A stretch of DNA of 64,000 bases from assembly GCF_009914755.1 (NCBI RefSeq), contig NC_060933.1; one strand, given 5' to 3'. Source of the DNA: the human T2T-CHM13v2.0 reference genome, Homo sapiens. A program made the position numbers and the translations under genes. How positions within the stretch are numbered: the first letter of the stretch is position 1; each line of letters opens with the position of its first letter. The notes under the pieces are model-generated. The model was not told where the DNA came from, searched no databases, and was given only the letters and a program-made list of their open reading frames with translations. Positions 23,015 through 36,399 of the stretch are shown here, piece by piece.

Positions 23015-23435
23015 GAGGATGTCAGCATTCCACCCAGCTGCCCTGGGATCTCTTTTTAGGCTTTCTCTGCCTCACCCCTCACCAGCTGTGGTGTGCTTTC
23101 AGCTGCACCTGCGGCCGTTGGAGGAGGAAGAGGTGGAGGAAGGTTGCCCTCAGGGATTGCCCAGGAGTTTGCACAGCCCCTCCCAGTGAGGTTCCTTTGC
23201 AATAGTTGGGGAAGCTGTGGCTTATTCACCAGAGCCCCAGAGAGATCGGGCTAAAGCCTGTCCTCTGCAGGACTTACCCCTTGATAATACCTTACCCTGA
23301 GATAACCCTGTGCTCAGCTTCTTCCCTTCGCCTGCTCCACTCCCCACTCCCTGACCAGTCTCCCAGGGGAACACAGCCTTAATAAGTAACTTGTACATGA
23401 CCCCTCATCTCAGGGTGTTTCTAAGGACCTCCTCC
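23015..23435 (+). mobile_element. LTR16-like ERVL LTR nested in L2
   Basis: 3' end AATAAGTAACTTGTACATGACCCCTCATCTCAGGGTGTTTCTAAGGACC. Confidence 0.55.
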
Positions 23436-23459
23436 AAAAAAAATAATGGTTTCTGTTAC

Positions 23460-24385
23460 ACCTATTCCAGGCTTCTCTGAGCTCCAGATCCAAGAATCGA
23501 AATTGCTCCTCAACATCTTTCATATTTCTCAATGGCAGCCTCAAGATCAAACACCCAAAACAGAACTCGTGATCTTTCCACGTACCCAGTGCCTTCCAGT
23601 GTTCCCCAGCTCAGTGACCCCCCTCCCTCCCGTCCCCTCTCATCCATCTTTCAAGGTGGAATTCTAGGAATCTCTCAAGGCTTTCTCACCTTTCAACCTG
23701 GCTTCCTCCTCCCCAATTCCATACAAACCATCTTCAAGCTCCTATCATTTTCATCCCCCAAATAAACCTAAAATCTATACAATTCCCTCCTTCAACTTCT
23801 ACCACCACCCTGTCCAAGCCACCATCAACTCTTCTGGAGATGCTCATAATTCCCTCTAACAGGTTTACACAACTCTCTTTCAGTTTCCAACATTAGTGAT
23901 CGTTCCAACCTACTCATACCAATTCCCTACACAAAGCTCTTTGGGAGATTTTTAATGCTCCTCAGTTAAGCCCAGAAAACTCAGTGAGGCCCAGCAGGCT
24001 GTGCATGGTGCCAACCTCACCATTCTTTGCACTCCAGCCCCAGGCACTTGCCTCCTTCGGTTCTTTTGACCAGAATGCTTTCCCTCTCCTCTTCCTTTTC
24101 ATTCTTCCTGGCCTTCTACTCAGCTCAAGTATCGCCTTCTCACCTCCCTGCCTAAGATGAATTCCCTATTTAAGATTCCTGTAATACCATGGACACCTTC
24201 TTCTTAAGACCTGCCACAGGTGCAAGAAGTTGCAGTCAAATGATTACCAACATGCACCTGTGTGGTCACGTGGCTTAGCAACCCAGGTACAAGTGCTTTG
24301 AGAACAAGGGCTGCATGGGGTTTTTTTTTTTTTTTTTTTTGGTCACTTTATCCTCAGTAGCACCCAGCAGGCACTCGGTGAACTG
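23460..24385 (+). mobile_element. L2 LINE fragment
   Basis: CTTCTCTGAGCTCCAGATCC..CCCAAAACAGAACTC..; 3' CCTCAGTAGCACCCAGCAGGCACTC. Confidence 0.7.
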
Positions 24386-24562
24386 CATCATGACAAAACT
24401 TAGAAACTGCAGCACCACGTGGAGGATTTTAGGATGAGTCTTTCCCTCAATACAAGCAGGGGCAGTGTCTCTTCTGTCACTGAGCTATTGCTATTGCTGC
24501 TCTGCCTCAGGCTGATATGACCCAGAGAATCAGAGGATTACGCTATCAAATGACGAGTTATT

Positions 24563-25080
24563 CTCTCTGAAGACAGAAAGACATGAAACACATTGTAGGC
24601 TTCAGTTCCAAAACACTGAGCTGGTATTAGCTCCTTTTTAAAAAGGAAGACACAAACAATTGCACATTTTCAACCATCTAACTGCTTGTTTTTCAATGAT
24701 CCCAGTTAAAAAGGGAAAGGGGCAACTGTGGAGCACCTACAACAGCCAAACTCTCAACCTAAATGCATGATCTCATTTTATCCTTACAGCAACTCCATGA
24801 GGTCAGTACCATGAGTCCCATGTTATAGACGAGGAAACTGAGAAGCTATGTATCTTGCCAAATATCACACCACTAGTGAGGAGATGAGCTAGGCTTTTCA
24901 ATCTGGGCCTGTCTGAGCATAAATCCCATCTTCTTGTCCTGTAGAACTCCTTTTAGGCTCTACTAGAGACAAAAATCTGGGGGTTTGTGTGCTTGAAAAC
25001 GTGTTCATCTGTGAATATCCAGTATTCCTAAATTAAGTATAATTGCTTCTGCTTTATTTCTTTGTAAAAATCACTATAAA
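24563..25080 (+). repeat. local direct duplication, copy 2 (contains an antisense MIR)
   Basis: Aligns colinearly with 22093-22595, offset ~2470 bp. Confidence 0.95.
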
Positions 25081-25909
25081 AGCTTTTCTCTTGATCCAAT
25101 AGATATTGTATTTTGAAAGAGTGTGATTCAAAGTAGAGACCATGAGTTCGTGTACGACAAGGACCAGGTAGTATTTATTTTGTGTATGCCCTGAAGCTAG
25201 TAGGTGCTCAATAAACATTTGTGAAAGGAAATTCAACTTCTCTCTTACTGAACTACTGCGTTAACATGAAATGTTAGAGATTTGTGGTTCCATTTATATT
25301 CTTCTCTCAGCACTCAAGACCAAGAGTTTGATTTGTTTTGTGAAAATTAAATAATATATTTGGAAGCACAATAGTGACATTTTTCTCTTTAATTGCTGCA
25401 TGACTCAATCACAATATTGCAGAGTGTGGGAATGGAAAGGAATCCATTTCAAGGAGGGCTGGTCCTTTTTAGCAGGGAAGCTCATCCACGCACCTTCGTG
25501 TTTTACCCCATTCACTACACAGAATCTGTAGAGCCCAAGGTAAGCAATATACCTGAAACCGATTCTTTGTCTAGGACTTCCTAGCAGGCCACAAGCAGTG
25601 ACCATAGCCTCAGTCTCCCTGTGACAAGAGAGGCTCTATGTTTGGAAAGAAAAAGGGTGTCCTTCCCAGCTCCTCCAGGAATCAGTGTTATATGTGTTCT
25701 ATGCTTTATACGTCTTTGTTGCCAGGCTTGTCTTGTTGAAGTTTGCCTTGATTTGACAACCGTTACAGCCTAGTCAGGTTGAAGAGAACAGAAGAGAAAT
25801 ATGAAATTCTGAGCCTCGGAAAAGGCTCTTGATAACGTCACTCAGGGCCAGCATTTTGGCCACACTGTATGCTCTAAACAATGCCTTTACACATTAACTT
25901 TAGGACTGA

Positions 25910-26225
25910 AGCCTACTGCCCTTGTTCTAGAATGTTCTGTCCCAGATCTTTCCTCCTCCTGGTTCAGATCTCAACTCAATGCCATTTACCCTGACCACCA
26001 GTAGGGGCAGGGCTTTGCACAGCTATGCATTTGTTCCCAAGCTCTCATCAATCTCTGAAATTACCTTGTTTATTTTTCTGTTTATTTATCTCTTTCCCCT
26101 ACAAAAGAATGTCAACCATGCAAGGGCAGAGGGATCTGTCTTTACTCCTCCCTCCCTGGACCTACAACAAGCCTGGCACGTTAAAAGCACTCAAGATTAC
26201 TTGTCGTATTGGTGAATGAGTAATG
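25910..26225 (+). mobile_element. L2 3' region
   Basis: CTAGAATGTTCTGTCCCAGATCT..GCCTGGCACGTT..GTGAATGAGTAATGA. Confidence 0.65.
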
Positions 26226-27409
26226 ATTTCATCTGAGCATCACAGTCCGTTTTAGAGCAAGGGAATGCTCACCTTCGTTTTAGAGAAGAGGCACCTATAT
26301 CTCTGTGACCCTCAGCGGTTAGCCTGAAATCACAGGCAGGTCTGTAGCAGAGTCGTGGCTTGAACCCAGGTCTTCTGTCTATGATCTGGGAAGGAGAGTG
26401 AACTTCTGCCCAAAACTTAGGTCATGCAGGTACTCTTAAAAACAAGAGCCCCATCAAAGATGATCAAATGCCAGCTGCTTTGGGTATAAAGGCCTGATTC
26501 AACCCTGAATCTGTTCCCCATACCAGAGATGAAAACTCGTCTACAAGATGAACGTACAGATGCGGCCCAAGACTGCTTCCTGCACAAGCTTCTGCGCCTG
26601 TGCACCGGGACCCGTACTCATCCCTCCCTAGCCTTGGCCTCGGGCCGCGCTGGACTCTGGGTCCCTCATTCCAGGAGGCTCTGGCCTGGCTCTAGACTTT
26701 CCGTAATTTTTCTGATGTCCTAATTTCTTGATCACCTGTGCTGACAAGATCCTGATTTCCTTCAATATGTCTTTTTTCCACTCTCGGGAAATTTATGTCT
26801 GCTTCGGCATATGTCCCCATCTTCCTTTGTGAAAAGAGAGGCAAGGAGCGGGAGTGGGGGAGAGCCCTTTAATATTTTTTAGCTATGTCTTCATGTTCTG
26901 TCAATAAATTGCCTCTGCCAGCTTTTAGAGGCCCTATTGGCTTTTGTACTGACCTCTTGTTCCTTCTGCACTTGAAAAATGCCTTATTATTTATCTTAAC
27001 CTCTCTCGCAATCTTCTTTTCATTCCTCACCTTTGCTTTCCTTATCATGTTTTTGCACTTTCTTAACTTCGCGCTATAATTTCTCTAGCTGAGTCGCTGT
27101 TTGATTTTTTTCATACTTTCTCACTTTCCTAGTTTTGATTACTTCCCCTACCACTACCACATCCTCTTTAGAGCTATTTGTCTGGCCTATTCTCTACACT
27201 TGGTGTATTTGTTGCTAGGTAGCACGTATTTTCTTTGGGCAGTTTCTATTCATTTCTCTCTGATTACACTCTTCCATCGGCGGCTGTTCTTTTCAATCTC
27301 TTCGTGCCCTTGGCTTTTCTTGGTAGGAGCTGACTACTTTATTTGATCTGGGATCTCCTGCATGTCCTTCAAAGAGGGTCCTAATGCCCGCTGAGCCTTA
27401 TATGGGGTA

Positions 27410-27812
27410 TGTATTCATTTGCTAGAGTTGCCCTAACAAAATACCACAGACTAAGTGGTATAAACAACTTATTTTTTCACAGTTCTGGAGTTTGGAAGTC
27501 CAAGATCCAGGTGCCATCAGGGTTGGTCTCCTTCGAGGTCCCTCTCCTTGGCTTTTGGAAGGTCACCCTGTTGCTGCCTCTTCACGTGGACTTTTCTTTA
27601 TGTGAGCACATTCCTTGTGTCTCTTTTTATGTCCAAATTTCCTCTTGTTATAAGGACACCAGTTAGATTACATCAGGGCCCACCCTAATGGCCTCATTTT
27701 TAACTTAATCATCTCTTTAAAGGCTCTAGCTCCAAACACAGTCGCATTCTGAGACACTGGGAGTTAGGGCTTCAACATGTATATTTAAGGAGACATAACT
27801 CAGCCCATAACA
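27410..27812 (-). mobile_element. MLT1B-like LTR
   Basis: TGTATTCATTTGCTAG..ACCACAGACT..CACAGTTCTGGAG..AAGTCCAAGATC..CAGCCCATAACA. Confidence 0.88.
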
Positions 27813-28555
27813 GAATAAGCAGTAACTCCTGACATTCGACCATGGGTCAAGAGCAAGCTAGGTGCCTCTGTTTACATGTCACCCAAGTTTCCCCGGGTCA
27901 GACTGCCTGTGGGTACAAGTGGAATCGCCTTACAGTAATATTCTACAGATACTGGCAGGCCCTCAAGCCCTACCAAATACTTTTCTACATAGTTCAGTGA
28001 ATCTCAGAGAGTGAATCCCACTAACAAGACAGTCAGATGAGAATGGTATCCTCTGGACTCCTCAGCCAATGTCTACCTTCTGGATGTGACCACTTGGCAC
28101 TAGTACTGATGCTGGGCACCGCTGCCACTTCTGCTGAGTATTGTCATTGGCTGGCACCACCTCCTAGGTGCTGCCAGACACCTGCACTGCCATGGCGCAG
28201 ACTGCAGTTCTTAAGATCCCAAAGCCACACCATGAAGGTAGAAGGTAGGAGTCTTTTTACCTTCCATACTGTTCTTTGTCCTCAGGTGCCAAGATGGTGA
28301 TGCCCTATGCCACACGTTTTCTAGATCTTTCAGTGAAGCACCCTGATTTGTTTTAACTTCCAGCTCCCCTTTCTTAGTATTCAGACGGGAGTCCATGCAG
28401 CTTGAGACAGGTACACTCAGACACTGTCTGCTTCTCTGCCATTGAGGTGACATATATCTGCCAATTTTATCATCCATTAGAATGAGTTCTCCCACGTGTC
28501 TCCTTGGTACCTCCTGCAAGAAGACTTGGGGTAAACGCACCTAGCTATGTCTATC

Positions 28556-28899
28556 AGCTATGGACTGAATGTTTGTGCATCTACCCCAAATTCATATGCT
28601 GAAATCTTAACCCTCGATGTTGATGGTATTAGGAGGTGGGGCCCTTGGGAGGTAATTAAGTCATGAGGATGGAACCCTCATAAATGGGATTAGTGCTCTT
28701 ATAAAAAAGACATGAGAGCACTTGTTTTTCTCCCTCTAGTCTCCTCTGTGTTAGGATAAATGAGAAGATGGCCAGCTGCAAACCAAGAAGCAGGCCCTCA
28801 CCAGACATTGGATCTGTCAGCACCTTGATTGCTCTGGAACTGTGAGAAATAAGCCACTCAGTCTATGGTACTTTTGTTAGAGCAGCCCAGACTAAGACA
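28556..28899 (+). mobile_element. MLT1A0-like LTR
   Basis: GCTATGGACTGAATGTTTGTG..GCAGCCCAGACTAAGACA; TSD CTATC/CTATT. Confidence 0.9.
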
Positions 28900-29448
28900 C
28901 TATTCTATAGTGGTCACAGTTTAGGACCTTCTGCATACATATGGAATTTGGACACAAGTTGAGTCCAGTTCTGACATCTGTAAAATCTCTGTTCTCAGTC
29001 TTCCACTGAAATAGCATACTGAGTATGCCTCTCTTCCACCATAGGAAGCTGCAGGTAACAGACAATTACAGTGAATGGAAAATTGAGAATGAAGATGATG
29101 GCAGAAATAACCAGGATAATCAAAGTTTATTCAGCCTTACAGGTGCCTGATGCTATGCTATTTTCCGGAATTGCAATGGTAAACATGAATACATATGATT
29201 AAAGTGTTTACCCTTATTTTAGGATTTAAATTGTGATGAAGGATAAATTAAGATAAATTTTTATAATATTTTCGGTGGTAAGATAAAGGTTTGTACAATT
29301 GCAGCACAGAGAGCCAAAAGTCTATCCTGGACACTTATGGCAGATACCCTGTGTTTCCAGAGTGCTCACATGAGTACATGCACCTTAGTAAATATGCCAG
29401 TCATCACCCCCCCATCCACGCCCACTCACACCTTGAAAGGTGACATTC

Positions 29449-29764
<316 letters not shown>

Positions 29765-29769
29765 TTATA

Positions 29770-30265
29770 TACAACCTGCACTTTCCCCTTCTGGCTCCAG
29801 GCACCAGTTTACCAATCAGATATCAATGACTTAATCAGAGCCAACTGGGTTCTCTGTCCTGAGAAGTAGAACACTGAGGGATAGAGTCAGGTGTGCCCAC
29901 AGGATGATAGGCACTTTACCTGAAAGGTCATAGGAAATTGGTCCTGAAGCTGATGCCAGAGCAAGCCACAAATGCCTATGAGGCAAAGATATGGGATTCC
30001 TAGGCCACATGTAACCAGGGAAGAATGGACCTCAGGAAGACGGGAAGTGGACAGAGACACAGAGCTTGGAGGATGGAAGTCCTTGTGCCTCTGTCAGGAA
30101 TTGACACTGGATCATGGTTTCCTGGGTCCAGTCCCCATGGCAACCCACAGCACTTCTTTCCTCTTACTTTCTGGTAAGAGTCTCTGTTGTACTTCTGTAG
30201 TAATGCTCCTCATAACTTCAGCTAGTTTAACTGAACTTTTTCTCTCTGCAACCAGAGCCTTCATT
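29770..30265 (+). mobile_element. old MaLR/ERVL LTR (MLT1L/N-like), probably starting ~29335 and split by the Alu
   Basis: 3' end GCTAGTTTAACTGAAC..TGCAACCAGAG; AGCCAA..TCTCTGTCCTGAGAA. Confidence 0.35.
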
Positions 30266-32324
30266 ATAATAGTCTTGTGGTTACCCAACTACAGTCTTTG
30301 GTACAATTTTTCCTTCTTTACCGTGCTCAGTCTTTATTAACCAGCCTCAGTGTCACCTCCTCTCTGAAGCCTTCCCTGACAGCTCTCTCCCTTATGATCC
30401 TTCAGGATTCTGTTCATAATCATTGTATTGCACTGTCATTTATCTGTTTATAAACATTTCACTCCCAGACCACAAGATCCTCAGAGGCAGAGCTCTGGTA
30501 CCTACAAGGCATTCGGTGAATGTTTGCGGAATTGCCTTAGTGGCTCTGAGTTGGTTCTGAAAGCAGCCCGCCAGTCGGTACGCCATCCTATCTGCTGCTC
30601 AACCTTCCAGCCACTTGAGCGGCTCAGAGTTTACACGGACTTCACTGCCTCACCCCTTTAGTCTCAGTTCTGTCTTTTCTCAGTCCTCCTGGTGTCCAGG
30701 CTTGCTTGCTTGCTTGCTGGGTCCCCCTGCTCTGTGCAAACTTGACTACCTTTGGATCAGTGACAATTCCAAGGCGACCCCCCTGGGGCAGGGCACAATC
30801 TGTTTCCCAGGGTTCTAGAACTCTTTGCTGAGTTTTGGCTCCTCTTAATGGCTTCGTGTGGTTGCCTGGGGCCCATGCTACCTGTGTGTCTGCTCGTGAC
30901 AGCATCCTCCACCCGATCCAGCCATCTGTTTATTTTGGCTGCATCTCCGTTTTTATGTTCCCTCTTCTGAGAAATAGTGAATGGTAGCTACTCTCTTTAA
31001 TCAGCCAGAGGCCCTCACTACCTTGTCCATCAGAGAAAAATTGACTCCAGATCTGTAGCAGCTTTCTTGCATGGGAGAAAACACCAGTGCTCGTTTGCTC
31101 AGGAAAAACAACAACAACAACAAAAGCCTCTTGCTCTGCTGAGACAATTTTCCTTTATGGATTGCAGGGCCCCCATAGCAAGCCCACCGGGTTTTCCTGC
31201 CAACTGCCACTATATATCCAAGCTGCTGACTCACCCCCTGTCAGCCTGGGGCAGGGGGTGGCGATTGGAGCGTTTCACAGCCTCAGGATGTTTATTTGCT
31301 TTACTTTCTGTTCTCGGATAGGGAAGGTTTTGCAAGAGGGGTTTCTGCCAGTGCACCTGCTGTGCTATCCTCAGTACTGATAGGTGTGTGATCGCCTGGG
31401 AGAGCAGGGGCTGAGACACACTGGGGTTCTGACAATTTTGCCCTCACCTCGCGACACCTTTCTGACCTCTGCTTTCGGGAGGGGAGGAAAAAAAAGACAG
31501 AGAGACAGATTCGAGTTCAGCCTTGAGAATTTCAAGATGGACTCTCTTGCCTCTCTCTCTGAACCCCACCTCTCATGTAGATAGATAGCTCAGGCTTTTT
31601 ACAGATGCTGTGACCTTCATGTTGATTGTTCTGGAAATAGAGTAAGAACTTCTGGCTAAAATATTGCCCGCTGGCTTCACGTGCCCAGGCTGTTTCTGGT
31701 CCCCGCGGGGGTCAATGCTGTATGTCCGGCTGGATACTAGTCTGCTCAGGATGGGCCAGTCTGTGGAAAGGCTCCTTCTTGCTTGAGATAAAAGAAACAG
31801 CACTCCTCCGCCAGGCAATACTTCAGACTCTCTCTTCAGCCTCTGGCTGTGGGGCAGGACATGGACCGAGAAATGAAGACAGCCTCCAGCCAGGGCTGAG
31901 AGCCCTGAGTGACAAGCAGGGGAGCGGACAGTGCCTGTCTTGACTTTCTTCCTCTCCATGGCTTGCTTCTTTCTCCATTAGGAGATCTCAGCACATCAAA
32001 ATATTAGCTAAGAAGATACTTTAATCTGAGAACAAAGTGACACCTATTTAAACTAACATCAATAAAGACAGCTAGAAGGTTTTTGCACTTGACCATAAAT
32101 GATACCCAAAAGCTGTTCTAAGAAAACCCGATTTTGTGATTTGGGGCAGCCTAAAAGTATGTGTAATAAAAGAGAAAGAGCACTTAACCAGAGTCGGGAG
32201 CCTCAGTTTCTAATGCTAGACTCATTACTAACGATGTCACTTTGGGCAAATCATTCTATTTCTCTGGCTTCATTAGTGACCTCAGTGGGAGCAGCTTTAG
32301 CAGAAAAACTGACATCATAATTGC

Positions 32325-33005
32325 CAAATCCATAGGCTAATTTTCATTCCTCATCCTCCTTGACAACTCCGCCGCATTTGGCACTCTTGACTGCTCTTTT
32401 CCTTCTCGAGACCATCTCTGCTCTTGGCTTCTGGGACCCAGCCTCTGTGAATTCTTCTCCCCACTCTCTCCCAGCCCTTCGCACTCTCTTTCTCTATCCC
32501 CCATAATCCCCCAACCCAGCACCGCCTGTCCATTGCCTGGCAGTGTTCCCCAAAGCTGTCTCTTTGCCCCTCTTCTCCTCACACATCTGTCTCATATGTA
32601 ATCCTGTCCACTCCCATGGATCCAGCCACCATCACTTTGCCGGTAACTGCCATATCTCTTTTTCAGAACTCTCCCTACCTCTTTCCCGAATGCAGACGGG
32701 CCTTTCCAGTGGCCCAGAAGATGCCCCGTCTACATTGCACATTGAGCACTTCAAACTCAGTCTGCCCTTGACCGAGCTCATCGTCTCTGGCATGTGTCCT
32801 ACTCAGCCCTTAAACCTGAATCCTTGGGGTGGGCCGATTCTGCCGTCTACATTTCAGTCAGTTTCAGGAGCTACACTGTCTTTCAGGCTTCACTCTCCCT
32901 AACAAGATGTTGCTGCCAAGTCTACCTGAGAGCTGTTCCTCACCTCTTCATGCCACTGGCTGCTGTAGTTCAGGGACTCAGGGGCTGTCACCTGGACCTA
33001 TGAAA
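32325..33005 (+). mobile_element. L2 LINE with reverse-transcriptase motifs (resumes at ~33578-33870)
   Basis: Decayed RT motifs FLILLDNSAAFGTLD (from 32347; cf. LLDLSAAFDTVD), SVPQSCLFAPLL (cf. GVPQGSVLGPLL), HSHGSSHHHFAGNCHI (cf. YHLYADDSQI). Confidence 0.85.
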
Positions 33006-33014
33006 CAGTACCAG

Positions 33015-33577
33015 AAAGAGTTAAGAATGGGTTCAGCTGATGTAACAGAAAGCTGAACTTGCCGTGGCTTAACCACATAGAGTCTGATTTTTTCCTCACA
33101 CAATAAGAAATCCAGATGTAGGAGATCCAGAGCCAATATGGCAGCCCCACAATGCCTCCAGAGACCCCGCATGCCTCCTATCTTTCCAATCAGCCTCTCT
33201 TGCCGTATGGCTATCCTCAGTTTGCTTGTCACCTCATGGTGGCAAAATGGTTGCGCTTCTTTCAAATCCACATTCCAGGTTAGAAGAAAGCGAAGGGCAA
33301 GGGGAAAAAAGCAGCTTGCCTCCTGAATCTGACCCCTTTCAAAGGGCTCTCCTGGGAGCTCCGCCCAGGGAAATGTCACTTGACATTTCATTGGCCAGAA
33401 CTGTGTTGTCTGACCTCTCCCTCTGCAAGGAAGGTTGGGAATGGTAGTGGGGATTTTCTTTCTTTTGTTTTCTTTCGCATGCAGCACACATTGCCTCTCT
33501 GAATAAAACTGAGGTTCTGTCAGGAAGGAAGAAAATGAGAACTGATACTGAATAAGCAGATAACTGTGTCTGCAACA
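33015..33577 (-). mobile_element. MLT1J-like LTR inserted in L2
   Basis: GTAACAGAAAG..GTGGCTTAA..TCATTGGCCAGAACTG..CTGCAAGGAAGG..GTGTCTGCAACA. Confidence 0.8.
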
Positions 33578-34524
33578 GCCTGGTCTTGGTCCCCCAGCCA
33601 TCAAACTCTTCCCCTACTTCTGTACCCTCCATGTCCCTAAAAAGGGATTGGACCATATCGTTCCCCTATTCTAACTCTCTGTGTTGATTCCTTGTTGGCT
33701 ACAGAATAAAGAACAAACACCACAGCCCACACAACCTGGGTCCCATCTTCTTTTCTATGCTCTCCTCTTGCCATCACCCTCTCCCCTGAGAACACAAAAT
33801 AGGTCCCACAGAAATCTCCACGGTTTCCTCTGCCCACAATGCTGTGCCTTTCCACACGCTAGTGCCCTATTGCCTTTCCCATCGGTGGCCATTTATTCAG
33901 CCCTCATTGCTGGGGAGGGAAGAGGCATCTATCAACTCGGATTTCTTCCTTAACCCTTAGGAGACAGACCTTCCTCACACTTCTGAGTCCTCCCCATTCC
34001 CTGTGGGCTCCACTCCATGGGACAAGGTGCTCAGCTTGAGAAGACAGAGCCCAGCCTTAAGTGAGTCATGTTTCCTAGAGAGTGGGGTCACTGAGTTGAA
34101 AGAGAACACAATTCCCCAAGCATGGTGTATTCCACTTCTGGCTCTCTCAGAGAAGCCCTGGATCATCCCCATTACTATTATTTCACAGCTGCTCCCTTGA
34201 GTAAAGTGCCCTTGAGTGGGACATCCGTCATCTAGGGCAGCAGCCTGTCTTGACCAGTTCACGCCACTTCCGTAATTCGTCCATGCAGTTGCTTCAGGAA
34301 GTTGGCTCAGAATCTTCTCAAAAGACTTGGAAGTCTGTCTTGTCTCTCTGTGGACAGCCTGAGCATAGGGTCCCAGCACTGCCCTCATGGAAGTTAGGGT
34401 CCCCAGGCCTAAGGCATGGATGTGAATTTTTACCAGAGCTTTGCACTGTGGTATAAGCCTTTGCCAGTCATCTAATGAAATCAGTGTTGAGTTTTTCATA
34501 CAGCTAGGGATTCTTGTGTGGAGA

Positions 34525-34744
34525 CAGTGGTGTGCTGATCAGTGTTTAACAACTGGTTCCGGGGGCAGGGGTAGCTGTAGAAGAAGAGCTCTGGCTTGTA
34601 GAGTTTGCCAATTTCTGTGGTGTAAATACTCCCACCATGGCTAAATTCAAGCTACCAATGCGATAGAACTGAAAATGCAGTAGGAAAGAGTTAGGCATGA
34701 CTGGCTCGCTGGGCCAGTTTGACCTGGCTCCAGTGCAATAGCAG
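34525..34744 (+). mobile_element. MER63A (hAT-Blackjack) DNA transposon
   Basis: CAGTGGTGTGCTG..TTTAACAAC..GTGGTGTAAATACTCCCACCATGGC..TTCAAGCTACCAA..GGCTCCAG. Confidence 0.85.
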
Positions 34745-36399
34745 GAGACCCCACCAGGGGAAAAGGATGTGGATTCAAGTCTAAGCACCAAAGCCATACC
34801 CAGAACTCTGTGACCACCTCCTTAGCAACATCTTCTCTAAACCTACCTCCATCCTTCAAATGGATCCTTCTTTCCCCTGCGATTACCCAACTCTGTGATG
34901 ATTCTTCTCCCACAGCAGTGTTTTAAAAAATCTTCTTTTGGGCGAACGAGTTCACTTTTCCTCAGTATATATGCCATCAATCATTGATGCCACAAACAGG
35001 CAGTGAAAGCCTTTCGTGAGCAATGCCCTATTGAATCCTGAGGAAGCCGCCACACCTTGGGTCACCACTAGGAGTCACTCTTTAGCACTGGGAATAGACA
35101 GACTCAATAGCGCTTAGCACATAGTAGGGCTAAATGCCCATGTGTCGAACGCATGGAGGAACTACCAAATGTGGGTTAGATGCCCCCTCTTGGGGGTCCC
35201 ATAAACCTTTGTAGCATCATGTGGTAGGGTGTCTTGTGAGTAGGTATGATGTGCCCTATCTCTAGGTCATTCACCTTAGTATTCGGAAACCTAGTACAGT
35301 GCCCAACACGAAGGAGCTACTCAGTAGACATCTGCAGAATGAGTGATGGAGGAGAACATGCAGTACTTTAAAATATTCCCTAAGGAGGTTTAGTTTCATT
35401 TCTTTTTTTCACTTTCTTCTTTTGTTACTATTACTATTTTCCCACAAAATTCCTGCTTTCAACATGATGATACCCAAAGAAAAAGAGAGAGAGAAAAGAG
35501 TTCAATGAATTGCAGCTTCCAGCTGGTTATTATTATTATTTAAATTTTGGCTGTATCTTTGTGGGCAACTGAAGCCTATGATTTAAGCTATCTCTAGCTG
35601 AGCAAGGGGCTGTGCCCGCCCAACCACTCGTATTTCCAGAATGCACTTTGCTGTGTCAATACACATTACTTGTCACATTGCCATGAGTCTGAGAAGTTTG
35701 ATCTCTGCTCTTAGATTGTTGTCATGTGTCAAATCATACAGCCCAGGGGGAATGACTACATTGCGCAGGAAAAACAGACATCGAGCCGTGGTCAGACCAC
35801 CTCAAAGATAAACACTGCTGTGTGGACCAGAAGAAGAAAGGTCGAAAAACAATCTGAAGCCTCAGACACTGTAAGGCTTTTTCACTTTCATTTTCTTGCC
35901 ACTCTGAGGCTTCCATTTTATCAGCGTGTGCAAATATACATTTTTCTTCCAACTGACCTTCCAACAGCTTGTGCCACAATACGGGACTAGCTTGAGTAAG
36001 TGGCCCTGTCATTGGTTAAATGGGGTGGTATCTACGATACCCTCAACTGGAAGCTGAGTCTACAAGCCCCCACCCACTGTCCCCTGCAAGATGAAAGCTC
36101 AGGAAAGATGTAAAAAATATAACTAAACTCAGGGAAGAAAAGTCCACTTCAGGGAGTATGAGCTACCCAAGCAGAAAGGCTGAAATCACTGTTTGCTGCT
36201 GCTGCTGCTGGTGGGTTTTCTATTTTTTGAAGTCGGCTAAAAACAAACAAACAAATGAGTACTAGTTGTTCTCATTAAAAAAGGAAAGGGCAGAAGTCAT
36301 CTCCCTGTTTAAAGACGCCCACACACTTGAAATAGTTTCCTAGAAAGGCAGATAGAATTTAACTGGGTGTAGCTTAGCACACTCGCAGAGCATTTTTAC

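Noticed and set aside
26720-27400. Pyrimidine-rich stretch giving hydrophobic membrane-like ORFs
   Set aside because: Compositional effect, probably an antisense very old L1/HAL1 relic; not confidently classifiable
32978-33604. 208-aa minus-strand ORF, the longest in the track
   Set aside because: Lies almost entirely within an MLT1J LTR; no protein features
33975-34499. 174-aa ATG ORF in unique DNA (MKNSTLISLDDWQRLIP..)
   Set aside because: No codon bias or recognisable domain, and one or two ORFs of this length are expected by chance in 64 kb over six frames. Only a BLAST or PhyloCSF hit would revive it.
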